From: a virus
Lineage: Duplodnaviria > Caudoviricetes
Virus record (IMG/VR): IMGVR_UViG_3300027815_000009
Location: 5,359-69,358 of that record
Direction: 5' to 3' (one strand)
DNA length: 64,000 bases
Below the pieces are notes generated by a model, which made no database searches, was not told the DNA's origin, and saw only the letters and a program-made list of their open reading frames with translations. Shown here piece after piece: positions 56,243-64,000 of this stretch. Position 1 is the stretch's first letter. Each line of letters opens with the position of its first letter. The position numbers were made by a program, and so were the translations under genes.

Positions 56243-57250
56243 GTGATCCTCACGCGGACCCCTCTGCGCGTCAGCCTGCTTGGCGGAGGCAGCGACTACC
56301 CGGCGCACTTCGCGCACCATGGCGGCGCCGTCCTCGGCATGGCGATCGACAAGTACGTCTACGTCGGCGTGAAGCGCGTCCCGCCAGGGCAGCTGATGGC
56401 CGACAAGGAGACCGGCGAACCCGTGCCGATCCGCTTCCGGGTCCAGTATTCCAAGGTCGACGACTGCCAGACAGCCGACGAGATCCGCCACCCGGCGGTG
56501 CGCGCTGCGATCAAGTACCTCGGCCTGGAACGGGAACGGATCGAGCTCACCACCTTCGCCGACCTTCCAGGACGTTCAGGCCTGGGCGGATCCTCGGCCT
56601 TCGTCGTCGGCTGCCTCCACGCCCTCCTGAGGCTGAAGGGAGAGCGGCCGTCTCCCGTCGACCTGGGGCGCGAGGCGATCGCCTTCGAGCAGTTCGCCGT
56701 TAGCGAGGCCGTCGGGATGCAGGACCAGATTTTCGCGGCTTTCGGCGGCCTGAACTACGTCACCTTTGGCGCGCGGAGCGTGGCGAGTCCGGTCCCCGTC
56801 ACACCAGAACGGATCGCCGAGATCGAAGCCTCGCTGGTCCTCGTCTACACGGGGGCGATGCGGGACGCGCACGTCATAGCAGCGAAGCAGATCGAGGCGG
56901 CTCCGCAGAACGCCGCCGACCTCGACTGGCTGGCGCTGCTCGCGGAGAAAGGCGAGGCGTTCCTGCGGTCTCAGACGCACATCACGGGCCTCGGAGCGCT
57001 GCTCGACCACGCGTGGCTCTACAAGCGCCGGTTTGCCAGCGTCACATCGGAGGAGATCGACGACTTGTACCGCCGCGGGCGGCAGCTCGGGGCGACGGGC
57101 GGGAAGCTCCTCGGCGCCGGCGGTGGGGGCTTCATGCTCTTCCAGGTCCATCCGGATGAGCGGCTCGAATTCGAGGCTCGGGTCGGTGCGCCGTGCGTTC
57201 GCTTCAAGGTTGCCCCAGAGGGCAGCCGAATTCTCATCGACGAACTTTGA
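56243..57250 (+). CDS. GHMP sugar kinase (HddA-like heptose-7-phosphate kinase)
   Basis: TPLRVSLLGGGSD, DLPGRSGLGGSS, GMQDQ, GGKLLGAGGGGF. Confidence 0.88.
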   Translation: MILTRTPLRVSLLGGGSDYPAHFAHHGGAVLGMAIDKYVYVGVKRVPPGQLMADKETGEPVPIRFRVQYSKVDDCQTADEIRHPAVRAAIKYLGLERERIELTTFADLPGRSGLGGSSAFVVGCLHALLRLKGERPSPVDLGREAIAFEQFAVSEAVGMQDQIFAAFGGLNYVTFGARSVASPVPVTPERIAEIEASLVLVYTGAMRDAHVIAAKQIEAAPQNAADLDWLALLAEKGEAFLRSQTHITGLGALLDHAWLYKRRFASVTSEEIDDLYRRGRQLGATGGKLLGAGGGGFMLFQVHPDERLEFEARVGAPCVRFKVAPEGSRILIDEL

Positions 57251-57434
57251 AAGAGGTCAAAATGGAATGGGACTTAGACAAGCCTGTTCAGAAAGTTAGG
57301 AACGTGTGGTTGCGTAGAATTATGACCATTCTTCTTGCACCATTGGTCATCACGCTGTCCCCAATTTTCGGCGCGCTGGATGGATGCCAATTGGCATTGC
57401 AAACCCTCGCGATGTGGTGGAAAGGGGAAAACAA

Positions 57435-58367
57435 ATGAAGATTCTCGTCACCGGCGGGGCCGGATACCTCGGCTCTGTCCTCGTCCCCAAGCTGCTTGCC
57501 TACGGGCACCGCGTCGTCGTGATGGATAATTTCTCGCATGGCGTCCCGAGCCTGATCGGATGCGGCGGCCACCGAGACCTCGACATCATCCGAGGCGACG
57601 TTTCCCGCGAGCACGACCTCCTGAAGGATCTGGTGGTCGATTCAGACGCCGTGATCCACCTCGCGGCACTCGTCGGCGCGCCGGCCTGCGACGCCATGCC
57701 CACAACGGCTCAGCTCGTCAACCTCCAGTCCACCGAAGACATCCTCGGATGGATCAGGCCGGACCAGCCGCTCGTCTTCCCTTGCACCAACAGCGGCTAC
57801 GGAAAGGGCGGGCAGAACCCCGTCACCGAGGACGACCCGATGACCCCACTTTCGCTCTACGGGCGCACCAAGGTCGAGGCCGAAAAGGTCGTACTCCGGC
57901 ACCCGCTCGGCGTCAGCCTCCGGTTCGCCACGCTCTACGGGCCGTCGCCGCGGATGCGCTTGGACCTGTTGGTGAACCACTTCGTTCGCCGGGCTTGCGG
58001 CATAGTGACCGCGTTGCCGGTCTATGAGCCGCACTTCCGCCGCTGCGTCCTGCACGTCTCTGACGCCGCCGAGGCTCTGGGGCTCGCGGTGGAGAACGCC
58101 GACACGCTCGGCCGGCGGCCGTGGAACGTCGGGGCAGAGAACGTCACCAAGGCCGACCTCTGCCGGATGATCAAGGCCGCGGTCCCGGGTTTCGAATGGG
58201 TCGAATCCGCTGGCAGAGATCCTGATCAGCGCGACTATTCGGTCTCGAGCGAACGGTTCAAGGCCGAATCCGGATGGGCACCTCTCGAACGTCTCGAGGA
58301 CGGCATCGCCCAACTCGTGCGCCTGTACCGCATGCCGTTCGTCGGCCCGTCCTGGGGGAACTCGTGA
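57435..58367 (+). CDS. NAD-dependent epimerase/dehydratase (extended SDR)
   Basis: ILVTGGAGYLGS, HLAALVG, LYGRTK, DQRDY. Confidence 0.9.
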   Translation: MKILVTGGAGYLGSVLVPKLLAYGHRVVVMDNFSHGVPSLIGCGGHRDLDIIRGDVSREHDLLKDLVVDSDAVIHLAALVGAPACDAMPTTAQLVNLQSTEDILGWIRPDQPLVFPCTNSGYGKGGQNPVTEDDPMTPLSLYGRTKVEAEKVVLRHPLGVSLRFATLYGPSPRMRLDLLVNHFVRRACGIVTALPVYEPHFRRCVLHVSDAAEALGLAVENADTLGRRPWNVGAENVTKADLCRMIKAAVPGFEWVESAGRDPDQRDYSVSSERFKAESGWAPLERLEDGIAQLVRLYRMPFVGPSWGNS

Positions 58368-58525
58368 CCGTCCAGGTTTCCCTCGACGCGCTCTGGATCC
58401 TCGTCTCCGCTTCCATGTGGCTCGCGAGCGCCAGCGTGATGATCAAGCGGTACGGCTTCGGCGCCGGTGCCATCTTCGGCCTGGCGCTCGGGGGTTCCGG
58501 GCTCGCGATCCTCTGGCTGCGTTAG
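58364..58525 (+). CDS. Small membrane protein
   Basis: Two hydrophobic segments, GTGA-coupled. Confidence 0.4.
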   Translation: MTVQVSLDALWILVSASMWLASASVMIKRYGFGAGAIFGLALGGSGLAILWLR

Positions 58526-58544
58526 AGCCGGCATCTTGTTACAC

Positions 58545-58573
58545 TTTACGGATACGCCATGATGGTATATACT
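58545..58573 (+). promoter_or_regulatory. Sigma70-like promoter of the Y-RNA/Ro60 unit
   Basis: TTTACG (58545-58550), 17 bp, TATACT (58568-58573); predicted start near 58580-58581. Confidence 0.7.
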
Positions 58574-58580
58574 CTCATCC

Positions 58581-58674
58581 GTGCGTGGCGTAGAGTTCTG
58601 CTACTTCTCCTGCTAAGAGGGAACCCAGCCCGAAAGGGTATGGACCACCGTTCAGGACTCGCCTGTTCCCGCAC
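58581..58674 (+). ncRNA. Y-RNA-like (YrlA-type) tRNA-mimic, copy 1
   Basis: Closing stem GTGCG/CGCAC; GTGGCGTAG..CTACTTCTCC; anticodon-like loop CTGCTAA; 3' TGTTCCC; starts at the predicted TSS upstream of TROVE. Confidence 0.55.
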
Positions 58675-58681
58675 ACTGATT

Positions 58682-58743
58682 TGGGTGGCGTAGGTTACGC
58701 CTACTTCTCCGGTAAGCAGAAGCGTAGCCGTTTGTTCCCCCAC
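58682..58743 (+). ncRNA. Y-RNA-like element, copy 2
   Basis: Repeats GTGGCGTAG..CTACTTCTCC..TAAG and 3' TGTTCCC of copy 1; CTTCT/AGAAG stem. Confidence 0.5.
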
Positions 58744-58761
58744 TAACACGGAGGTTAGGTC

Positions 58762-60075
58762 ATGGCAAAAACGAACGTCGCAACGAAGTTCACCGAGAAA
58801 ACCCACGAAGGCGCGCAAGCGCATCCCATGAACGCGGAACAGGCGCTTCGCCGTTCCGTTATGGCGTGCATGCTGTGGGAGGATGAATTTTACGAGGACG
58901 GTAAGACCATCGCCGCGCGCATCGCGGAACTTGCGGCCAAACTGCCGTTCGAGAAAGTCGCCGCCATCGCCATCGAAGCGCGCGAGGCCATGAAGTTACG
59001 CCATGCGCCGCTCTGGCTTGTCGTGGCGATTCTGAAGGCGAAGCACCAAGGCCGTAAGGTTGGCGACCTGATCGCCCGCATCTGCCAGCGCGCCGATGAG
59101 CCTGCCGAACTTCTGTCTCTCTACTGGAAGGATCAGAAGGACGCGCCGCTGCCAAAGCAGTTAAAGGTCGGGCTTGCCCGCGCGATCGCCAAGTTCGATG
59201 AACACCAACTCGCCAAGTACAACCGCGACGGTGCGGTGAAACTGCGCGACGTGCTGTTTCTTTCGCACGCGAAGCCGCACAACGAAGAACGTACCGCGCT
59301 CTACAAGCGCATCACGGACGGAACGCTCTCCACGCCAGATACTTGGGAAGTGAAGCTCTCTGCCGGTGCGGACAAGAAAGAAACTTTCCTGCGCCTGATG
59401 GCCGAAAAAAATCTCGGCGGGCTGGCGTTCCTTCGTAACCTTCGCAACATGGAACAGGCCGGGATCACGAAAGCACAGGTTTCCGAACACGCCGCCAGCA
59501 TCAAACTAGACCGCGTTCTGCCGTTTCGTTTCATCGCCGCTGCTCGCGCCGTTCCTCAGTGGGAGGACATGATCGAGCCTCTGATGATGAAGGCGCTTGA
59601 AGGCAAGCCGAAACTCTCGGACCGTACCGTGCTTCTGGTGGACGTGTCTGGCAGCATGGATGAAGCGCTTTCCGCGAAGTCAGACATGAAGCGCACGGAC
59701 GCGGCATTCGGCCTCGGTATCCTCCTACGCGAACTGTGCAGCGACGTGGAAATCTTCACGTTTAGCAATGCGGTTGCGCAGATTCCTCCGCGCCGTGGCT
59801 TTGCCCTGCGCGACGCGATGAATGGGAGCCAGCCGCATCAAGGAACCTATCTTGCTGGCGCTCTGAACGCCCTGCAAGCCCGCGTCCAGTACGATCGCAT
59901 CATCGTCATCACCGATGAGCAGACGCACGACGGGATTGCGCCGCCCAAAGGAAAAGGTTACGTCCTCAACGTCGCCAGCAACAAGAACGGCGTCGGCTAC
60001 GGCCAATGGACGCACATCGACGGCTGGAGCGAGGCCTGCATTGACTACATCCGACAGTCCGAAGCGGCGCAGTAA
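58762..60075 (+). CDS. Ro60/Rsr orthologue (TROVE + vWA domain)
   Basis: THEGA, LRRSVMAC.LWE..FYE, AKYNRDG, LRDVLFLSH.KP, LRNLRN, vWA DVSGSM and ITDEQ. Confidence 0.92.
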   Translation: MAKTNVATKFTEKTHEGAQAHPMNAEQALRRSVMACMLWEDEFYEDGKTIAARIAELAAKLPFEKVAAIAIEAREAMKLRHAPLWLVVAILKAKHQGRKVGDLIARICQRADEPAELLSLYWKDQKDAPLPKQLKVGLARAIAKFDEHQLAKYNRDGAVKLRDVLFLSHAKPHNEERTALYKRITDGTLSTPDTWEVKLSAGADKKETFLRLMAEKNLGGLAFLRNLRNMEQAGITKAQVSEHAASIKLDRVLPFRFIAAARAVPQWEDMIEPLMMKALEGKPKLSDRTVLLVDVSGSMDEALSAKSDMKRTDAAFGLGILLRELCSDVEIFTFSNAVAQIPPRRGFALRDAMNGSQPHQGTYLAGALNALQARVQYDRIIVITDEQTHDGIAPPKGKGYVLNVASNKNGVGYGQWTHIDGWSEACIDYIRQSEAAQ

Positions 60076-60087
60076 AACGATCAGCGC

Positions 60088-60208
60088 AATGGCACTTCCG
60101 CAATGGACGTGCCTGCGCTGCTCACATCAATGGATTCCGCGTTCGAATAACGCGCCGGTCAAATGCCCTCGCTGTCAGTCGCCGTACTGGAACCGGCCGC
60201 GCAAGTAA
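60088..60208 (+). CDS. Small Zn-ribbon protein
   Basis: MALPQWTCLRCSHQWIPR...KCPRCQSPYW; start approximate. Confidence 0.45.
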
Positions 60209-60215
60209 TCCACGA

Positions 60216-60818
60216 CTAGCGCCAGTCGGCGCGCAGCTTCTTCAGGGTCTCGGTCAGGCGGTTCAGTTGCCGGTAGTTCTCGGAGGCGCGGCGGGCGTTT
60301 TCTCCGTGGACGTCGAGGGCTTCGTCCAGGCCTCGGGCGCTAGGGGTATCGGCGGCAGGGGCGCCTTCAGGAGGTCTTCCGGGATCGCCGAATAGGGGTT
60401 GTCCCGCGTCGCCCGTCCAGGCGCCGTCGAAGAGGCGCAGGAAGCCGTGAGTGAGGCGCAGACGAGGGCCGCCAGCAACGGCAGTCGCCCCCGGTTTCGC
60501 CGGTTCGTCCGGACAGACGGCGAGGGCGGTTTCTCGAAGGGTGTTTCGCGCCCGGTTCCACTTGGTCTCATATTCGCGTGCCTCCAGGTTTGCCGCGATC
60601 AGGCGCATCGAGGCCTCCCGAGCGTCCTCCCGCAGCTTCAGATCATTCTCGCGCGCCGCGGCCTGGGCGACCCGGTCCCGCTCGGCCTGCGCCGCCTTCT
60701 CGCTGTCCACGCCCGCAACGTAGATGGCCCGCGCGCCGGCCGCGATCATCCCGAGGATGACGATCGCCGCCACGGCGTAGGCCAGGAGCGTGAGGCTGAA
60801 CCCGCGCTGCTTATTCAC
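60216..60818 (-). CDS. i-spanin (Rz-like)
   Basis: N-terminal TM, coiled-coil, AVCP..LTHGFLRLFDGAW; follows the endolysin. Confidence 0.7.
   Translation of the reverse strand: MNKQRGFSLTLLAYAVAAIVILGMIAAGARAIYVAGVDSEKAAQAERDRVAQAAARENDLKLREDAREASMRLIAANLEAREYETKWNRARNTLRETALAVCPDEPAKPGATAVAGGPRLRLTHGFLRLFDGAWTGDAGQPLFGDPGRPPEGAPAADTPSARGLDEALDVHGENARRASENYRQLNRLTETLKKLRADWR
60263..60571 (-). CDS. Embedded o-spanin (Rz1-like lipoprotein)
   Basis: Nested frame, LVCASLTAS-C lipobox-like, Pro-rich IPEDLLKAPLPP; true start uncertain. Confidence 0.6.
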   Translation of the reverse strand: MRPSGTGRETPFEKPPSPSVRTNRRNRGRLPLLAALVCASLTASCASSTAPGRATRDNPYSAIPEDLLKAPLPPIPLAPEAWTKPSTSTEKTPAAPPRTTGN

Positions 60819-61335
60819 CGTCGCCCCCGGAAGGCCTTGCAGGCTGGCGTGCAGGAGCGCCTTCGGGCGCGGCGGCCGCGGGCGGGCCTTCATAGCCCGG
60901 CGGGTTCCGAACGTCCCACACGACCTTCTCGCCGGCTTTCAGGGCTGGCAGGAGCCGCGCCTTGAGGGCCTTGAGCCCGGGTTGGGACCTGCCCCCTGGA
61001 ATCTTGTCCTGGGCGTCCAGCTCCGCCCCCATCACCGGGCACCCCTCGGTGTCCCCCTCGTCGTTCCCGCCGTGGATGCGGATCGCCTCGAACCCGGGGA
61101 CCTCGAGCAGCGTGAGCGTGTCTTTGCCGAAGCGCGGGGAGTCCTCGAGCCTCAACTCGTAATGCCCGGCCGGGATGGCCGTCTTGCCCTTGATCTTCCA
61201 ATCCTGGACCGGAACCCCCGGGAGTTCCCGGAGCTCGTCCTCGAGGCTGTAGCAGACGCGGGCACCCGAGATCAGGACCTCGCCCGGGGTGCGGTCCTTG
61301 CGGTATTTCGTGCGCTGGTGGACGACGTGGATCAT
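60811..61335 (-). CDS. Endolysin (DUF5675 family peptidase)
   Basis: TPGEVL..CYSLED, KTAIPAGHY, FEAIRIHGGN...DTEGC. Confidence 0.8.
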   Translation of the reverse strand: MIHVVHQRTKYRKDRTPGEVLISGARVCYSLEDELRELPGVPVQDWKIKGKTAIPAGHYELRLEDSPRFGKDTLTLLEVPGFEAIRIHGGNDEGDTEGCPVMGAELDAQDKIPGGRSQPGLKALKARLLPALKAGEKVVWDVRNPPGYEGPPAAAAPEGAPARQPARPSGGDGE

Positions 61336-61348
61336 GGTGACACCTCCG

Positions 61349-61576
61349 TTACATCGTGAGCCAGAATGGGCACTTCATCTCGTAGAACTCTCTGGCCACG
61401 CTGGCGTTGTGCGCGTACCAGGTCGCCCCGAGCCGACGCTCCCAACGCCGCATCCGATCCTGAGCCTCCTGCTGGGACCGCGGGGCCGGGACGCAGATCT
61501 CGACCACGTCCTGGAACGAGAACGAGGGCGCGAAGCCGAGGACCCCGACCGGACTGGCGTGACAGATCGCGGTCAC
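61349..61576 (-). CDS. Small hypothetical protein
   Basis: GTGA-coupled. Confidence 0.35.
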   Translation of the reverse strand: MTAICHASPVGVLGFAPSFSFQDVVEICVPAPRSQQEAQDRMRRWERRLGATWYAHNASVAREFYEMKCPFWLTM

Positions 61577-61809
61577 GTCATCTCCCAGACCCCGGCCTGG
61601 AGCGTGAACGCCGTCGCTCCGCCGTTGATCACGCCGCGCACGGTGACGGTGCCGTCGTCGTGCTCCTCGATGACCTTCCCGTCCAGGGGCCGTCTGGCCG
61701 ATTCTCCCGGTGGTCTGCACCACCACCGTCCCCGCAGGTCGCGGGCATAAGCTCCCTCCTGAAGCGTGAGGCCGCCGTACTTGTTTGGGAACACGCGCTC
61801 GCCGATCAC
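61573..61809 (-). CDS. Small hypothetical protein
   Basis: WWCRPP..EHDDGTVTV..I motif. Confidence 0.45.
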   Translation of the reverse strand: MIGERVFPNKYGGLTLQEGAYARDLRGRWWCRPPGESARRPLDGKVIEEHDDGTVTVRGVINGGATAFTLQAGVWEMT

Positions 61810-62249
61810 CGCTGTTCGGCCCTTCTCTTCGCTTCTCGCTCGGCGCGCTGCTCGTCGGTCCATACCTGCCGATCGGCCTTGTTGATGAGCGCGTCGATCG
61901 CGAAGCCCGTGGTCAGGCCGAGGTTCACGACGACGCCCCATCCGGCGCCGTCTAAAGCAGGAGATAGCACCGTGGCGAGGGCGTAGCCCGCGAAGGTCGC
62001 GAAGGAAAGCAACGTGCGCTTCGGATGCTGGCGCGCGAGATACGCCCAAAGGGACCCCATGATCTCGTCGCGCAGCCACTTGTAGGCGTAGTTGGCGAGC
62101 ACGCCCACGAAGCCGAAGGCCATCAGGACCCAGAACTGCACCAGCGCCCTGGAGGAAATGATCCCGCGGACGTATTCGCCGAACGTACCTTGGTCGTTGA
62201 CGGCCTGCTGGATCGCCTGCATTCCACCAGCCAACGCTTCTGCGATCAT
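61806..62249 (-). CDS. Holin/antiholin candidate
   Basis: Three TM segments, charged C-terminal tail, upstream of the endolysin. Confidence 0.6.
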   Translation of the reverse strand: MIAEALAGGMQAIQQAVNDQGTFGEYVRGIISSRALVQFWVLMAFGFVGVLANYAYKWLRDEIMGSLWAYLARQHPKRTLLSFATFAGYALATVLSPALDGAGWGVVVNLGLTTGFAIDALINKADRQVWTDEQRAEREAKRRAEQR

Positions 62250-62638
62250 GGGTTTGTATCCTCCGTTCTGCGGTTCTCATCCGGCTTGCGCATCGTGATC
62301 TGAACTTCGATCCCGAGGCGCTTGAACATGATCTTCACCACCGCGTTCGCGCTCGCCAGGGCAATTGCGCCCGCTGCGCCGCCCGCCATCGACCACAAGA
62401 TCAGTTTATGCAGGTCCCAAGGCTCATAGTGGTAGGCACTCATCACCGCCACAGAGACGACGCCGAAGACCACGCCGAGCGTTGTGTAGGCGAGCCACAT
62501 GGCAATTGTGCGCCGGCCGTCCGACGTGGCGTAGTGGTGCGCCCCCACGGCGCAGCCGCCGAGGCCGCCGCAGATAGCGGAGATCGCGTAGATCGCGAGC
62601 AATGTCTGTTCGATTATGAACGGAGTTTTCTCAGGCAT
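62246..62638 (-). CDS. Holin candidate
   Basis: Three TM segments with GG motifs, charged C-terminus. Confidence 0.6.
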   Translation of the reverse strand: MPEKTPFIIEQTLLAIYAISAICGGLGGCAVGAHHYATSDGRRTIAMWLAYTTLGVVFGVVSVAVMSAYHYEPWDLHKLILWSMAGGAAGAIALASANAVVKIMFKRLGIEVQITMRKPDENRRTEDTNP

Positions 62639-62659
62639 TTCTATTTCTCTTTGAGTTAA

Positions 62660-63271
62660 TTACTCCAAAGTAGCCACTGTGTCTGAACGTCGCCGCAGGC
62701 GGTGCTGTCCGCCGTCTGCCATGATCGCTAGCGCGCCGCTCGGGTCGATTGATGGATCAAAGGCTGCAACATCGACCATCTGACCGACCGTGTTGCGCAC
62801 GGAAATGATCATCTGGAAACCGCCGATGCCGTTGGGCACCACTCGAATGCCGCCGAGCCTGTTGATGCCGTCGTAGCTATGAACGTAGAAACCCCCGTCT
62901 AGGTTCGTTGCGTGAACCCTGGCGCCTTCATACGCGATTTCCAGCGTCGTGTTCGTCTGCGGGTTGAGCGCGATCTTGCTGTGGGCGTCGCTGTAGTTCT
63001 CGTCGCTCGCGTTCTGGATCTCGACGCCGCCATAAATCTGATAGAGATTTCGCCAGCAGGGGCGCGCGATGCCTGGATTGGTGACGCACCAGCGTTCCTC
63101 GAAGCTGCCGTTCGACGCGCGCACCGTGCGCCCCGAGTTTCCCGGCGCGTACTCGTTGAGCGACCAGTAATCCGAGAGGCGCTGCCACGTACCGAGCAGG
63201 CTGCCTTGGGCGATGATTGCTCCGGTATTGAGAATACCGAGAAAGGCTAGCAGCCAGATAGTTCGTTTCAT
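62660..63271 (-). CDS. Hypothetical protein with signal-peptide-like N-terminus (tail region)
   Basis: MKRTIWLLAFLGILNTGAIIAQ; beta-rich. Confidence 0.5.
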   Translation of the reverse strand: MKRTIWLLAFLGILNTGAIIAQGSLLGTWQRLSDYWSLNEYAPGNSGRTVRASNGSFEERWCVTNPGIARPCWRNLYQIYGGVEIQNASDENYSDAHSKIALNPQTNTTLEIAYEGARVHATNLDGGFYVHSYDGINRLGGIRVVPNGIGGFQMIISVRNTVGQMVDVAAFDPSIDPSGALAIMADGGQHRLRRRSDTVATLE

Positions 63272-63801
63272 TTCAGCACCTCCGGAAATACATCCATCAA
63301 TTCCTTCGGCGTCTTTGCGGCTTCGATTCCGGGGTGCGCCGGCACGTCCCGAAGGGCTTGCTTCTCAGCGGCAATGCGCTGCTTTTCGGCGGTATCGCCG
63401 CGCTCATCGGCGAGTTGGTAAGCAATGTCAAGGGCCTCAAGCAGTGGCGCGCGCTTACGGCGGAAACTGTGGCGCTTCATTTCGCGCGCTTTTGGCATGT
63501 TGACTCCGCCGATTTCCCAGGCTTCGCGGAACTCACGAGGTTTTGCCTCGTACTCCTCCGCAGAGATGATCCCGACAAAGCGCGCGCGCACACCGTCACC
63601 TAGAGACGCCTCATAGGAAAGGCGCTCCTCCTCGGTTCGGACCGTCAAGTCCAGCCGCACAGGAGACAGCCTCGGCGCACGCGTGGCCACAAGGCACGCA
63701 ATGTGCTCATCCTCGGTTTCGCCAGTGCGTTCGCGCACCAGAGGATCGACCGGCGTGTATTGCGTACTTCCGTCTCCGAACTCCCAGACAATGCGTTTCA
63801 T
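63268..63801 (-). CDS. Tail fibre assembly/chaperone protein
   Basis: FREAWE..VNMPKARE..RKRAPLLEALDIAYQ.ADE..KQALRDVP. Confidence 0.75.
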   Translation of the reverse strand: MKRIVWEFGDGSTQYTPVDPLVRERTGETEDEHIACLVATRAPRLSPVRLDLTVRTEEERLSYEASLGDGVRARFVGIISAEEYEAKPREFREAWEIGGVNMPKAREMKRHSFRRKRAPLLEALDIAYQLADERGDTAEKQRIAAEKQALRDVPAHPGIEAAKTPKELMDVFPEVLK

Positions 63802-64000
63802 GCTCTATCTCCTGCGCAGACGATGGAGTGGGCGTCAGGGTCAGTTGCCGTTCCAGCGTAGTTCGTTACCGTCACCTCCACCGTTCCCGCGGCTTGCGAC
63901 GAGATGCGCGCGGCTCCGTTGAAGCTCGTGGTTCGCATTCCAGGCACGGCGGAATAATTCACGCCCGACATATCGGTGGTTAGGTTCCAAGTGATGATGC
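63798..64000 (-). CDS. Tail fibre C-terminus (partial)
   Basis: Manual translation IITWNLTTDMSGVNYSAV...VEVTVTNYAGTATDPDAHSIVCAGDRA*; overlaps the chaperone start. Confidence 0.6.
   Translation of the reverse strand, partial: IITWNLTTDMSGVNYSAVPGMRTTSFNGAARISSQAAGTVEVTVTNYAGTATDPDAHSIVCAGDRA

Noticed and set aside
62660-62722. C-terminal end of ORF 62660-63271 and its N-terminal MKRTIWLL peptide as a fifth shared leader
   Set aside because: The N-terminus (near 63271) is signal-like but lacks aromatic 15, E17 and L20, so it is not counted in the leader family
1-64000. tRNA, rRNA, integrase/att site, transposase, DNA polymerase
   Set aside because: No GTTCGA-containing cloverleaf or characteristic protein motifs recognised by eye; absence should be confirmed with tRNAscan and HMM searches

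Overview
The window is most of the genome of a GC-rich, long-tailed (siphovirus-like) dsDNA phage of a Gram-negative host. It is circularly permuted: tape-measure start at base 153, tail-fibre end at base 64000. No integrase, CI repressor, DNA polymerase, tRNA or CRISPR array is visible. Layout: (1) 1-24773, minus-strand Mu-like morphogenesis operon (TerS, TerL, DUF935 portal, MuF, Mu-type protease/scaffold, decoration protein, major capsid, neck, tail tube, tail chaperone with -1 frameshift, tape measure), interrupted by accessory genes and a 1004-aa GT4-methyltransferase-GT2 protein; (2) 25-36 kb, minus strand: dual-frame C5 methyltransferase, lambda-type replication genes with iterons, thymidine hypermodification cluster, Cro; (3) 36-48 kb, plus-strand early and recombination genes; (4) 48.5-58.5 kb, NDP-sugar biosynthesis cluster; (5) 58.5-60.1 kb, two Y-RNA-like elements plus Ro60/TROVE; (6) 60.2-64 kb, lysis and tail-fibre genes. 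Most notable: (a) a stand-alone RAMP/Cas7-like gene (42662-43231) directly preceded by an 18-unit GGY-NN pentamer array with AT-rich variable dinucleotides, a candidate RNA-guided system; (b) an identical-length, conserved 21-aa leader on four virion proteins (capsid, decoration, tail tube, one more), together with glycosyltransferases, a radical SAM enzyme, an M48 peptidase and a sugar pathway, suggesting leader-directed modification or processing of the virion. Family assignments come from recognised motifs, not database searches.
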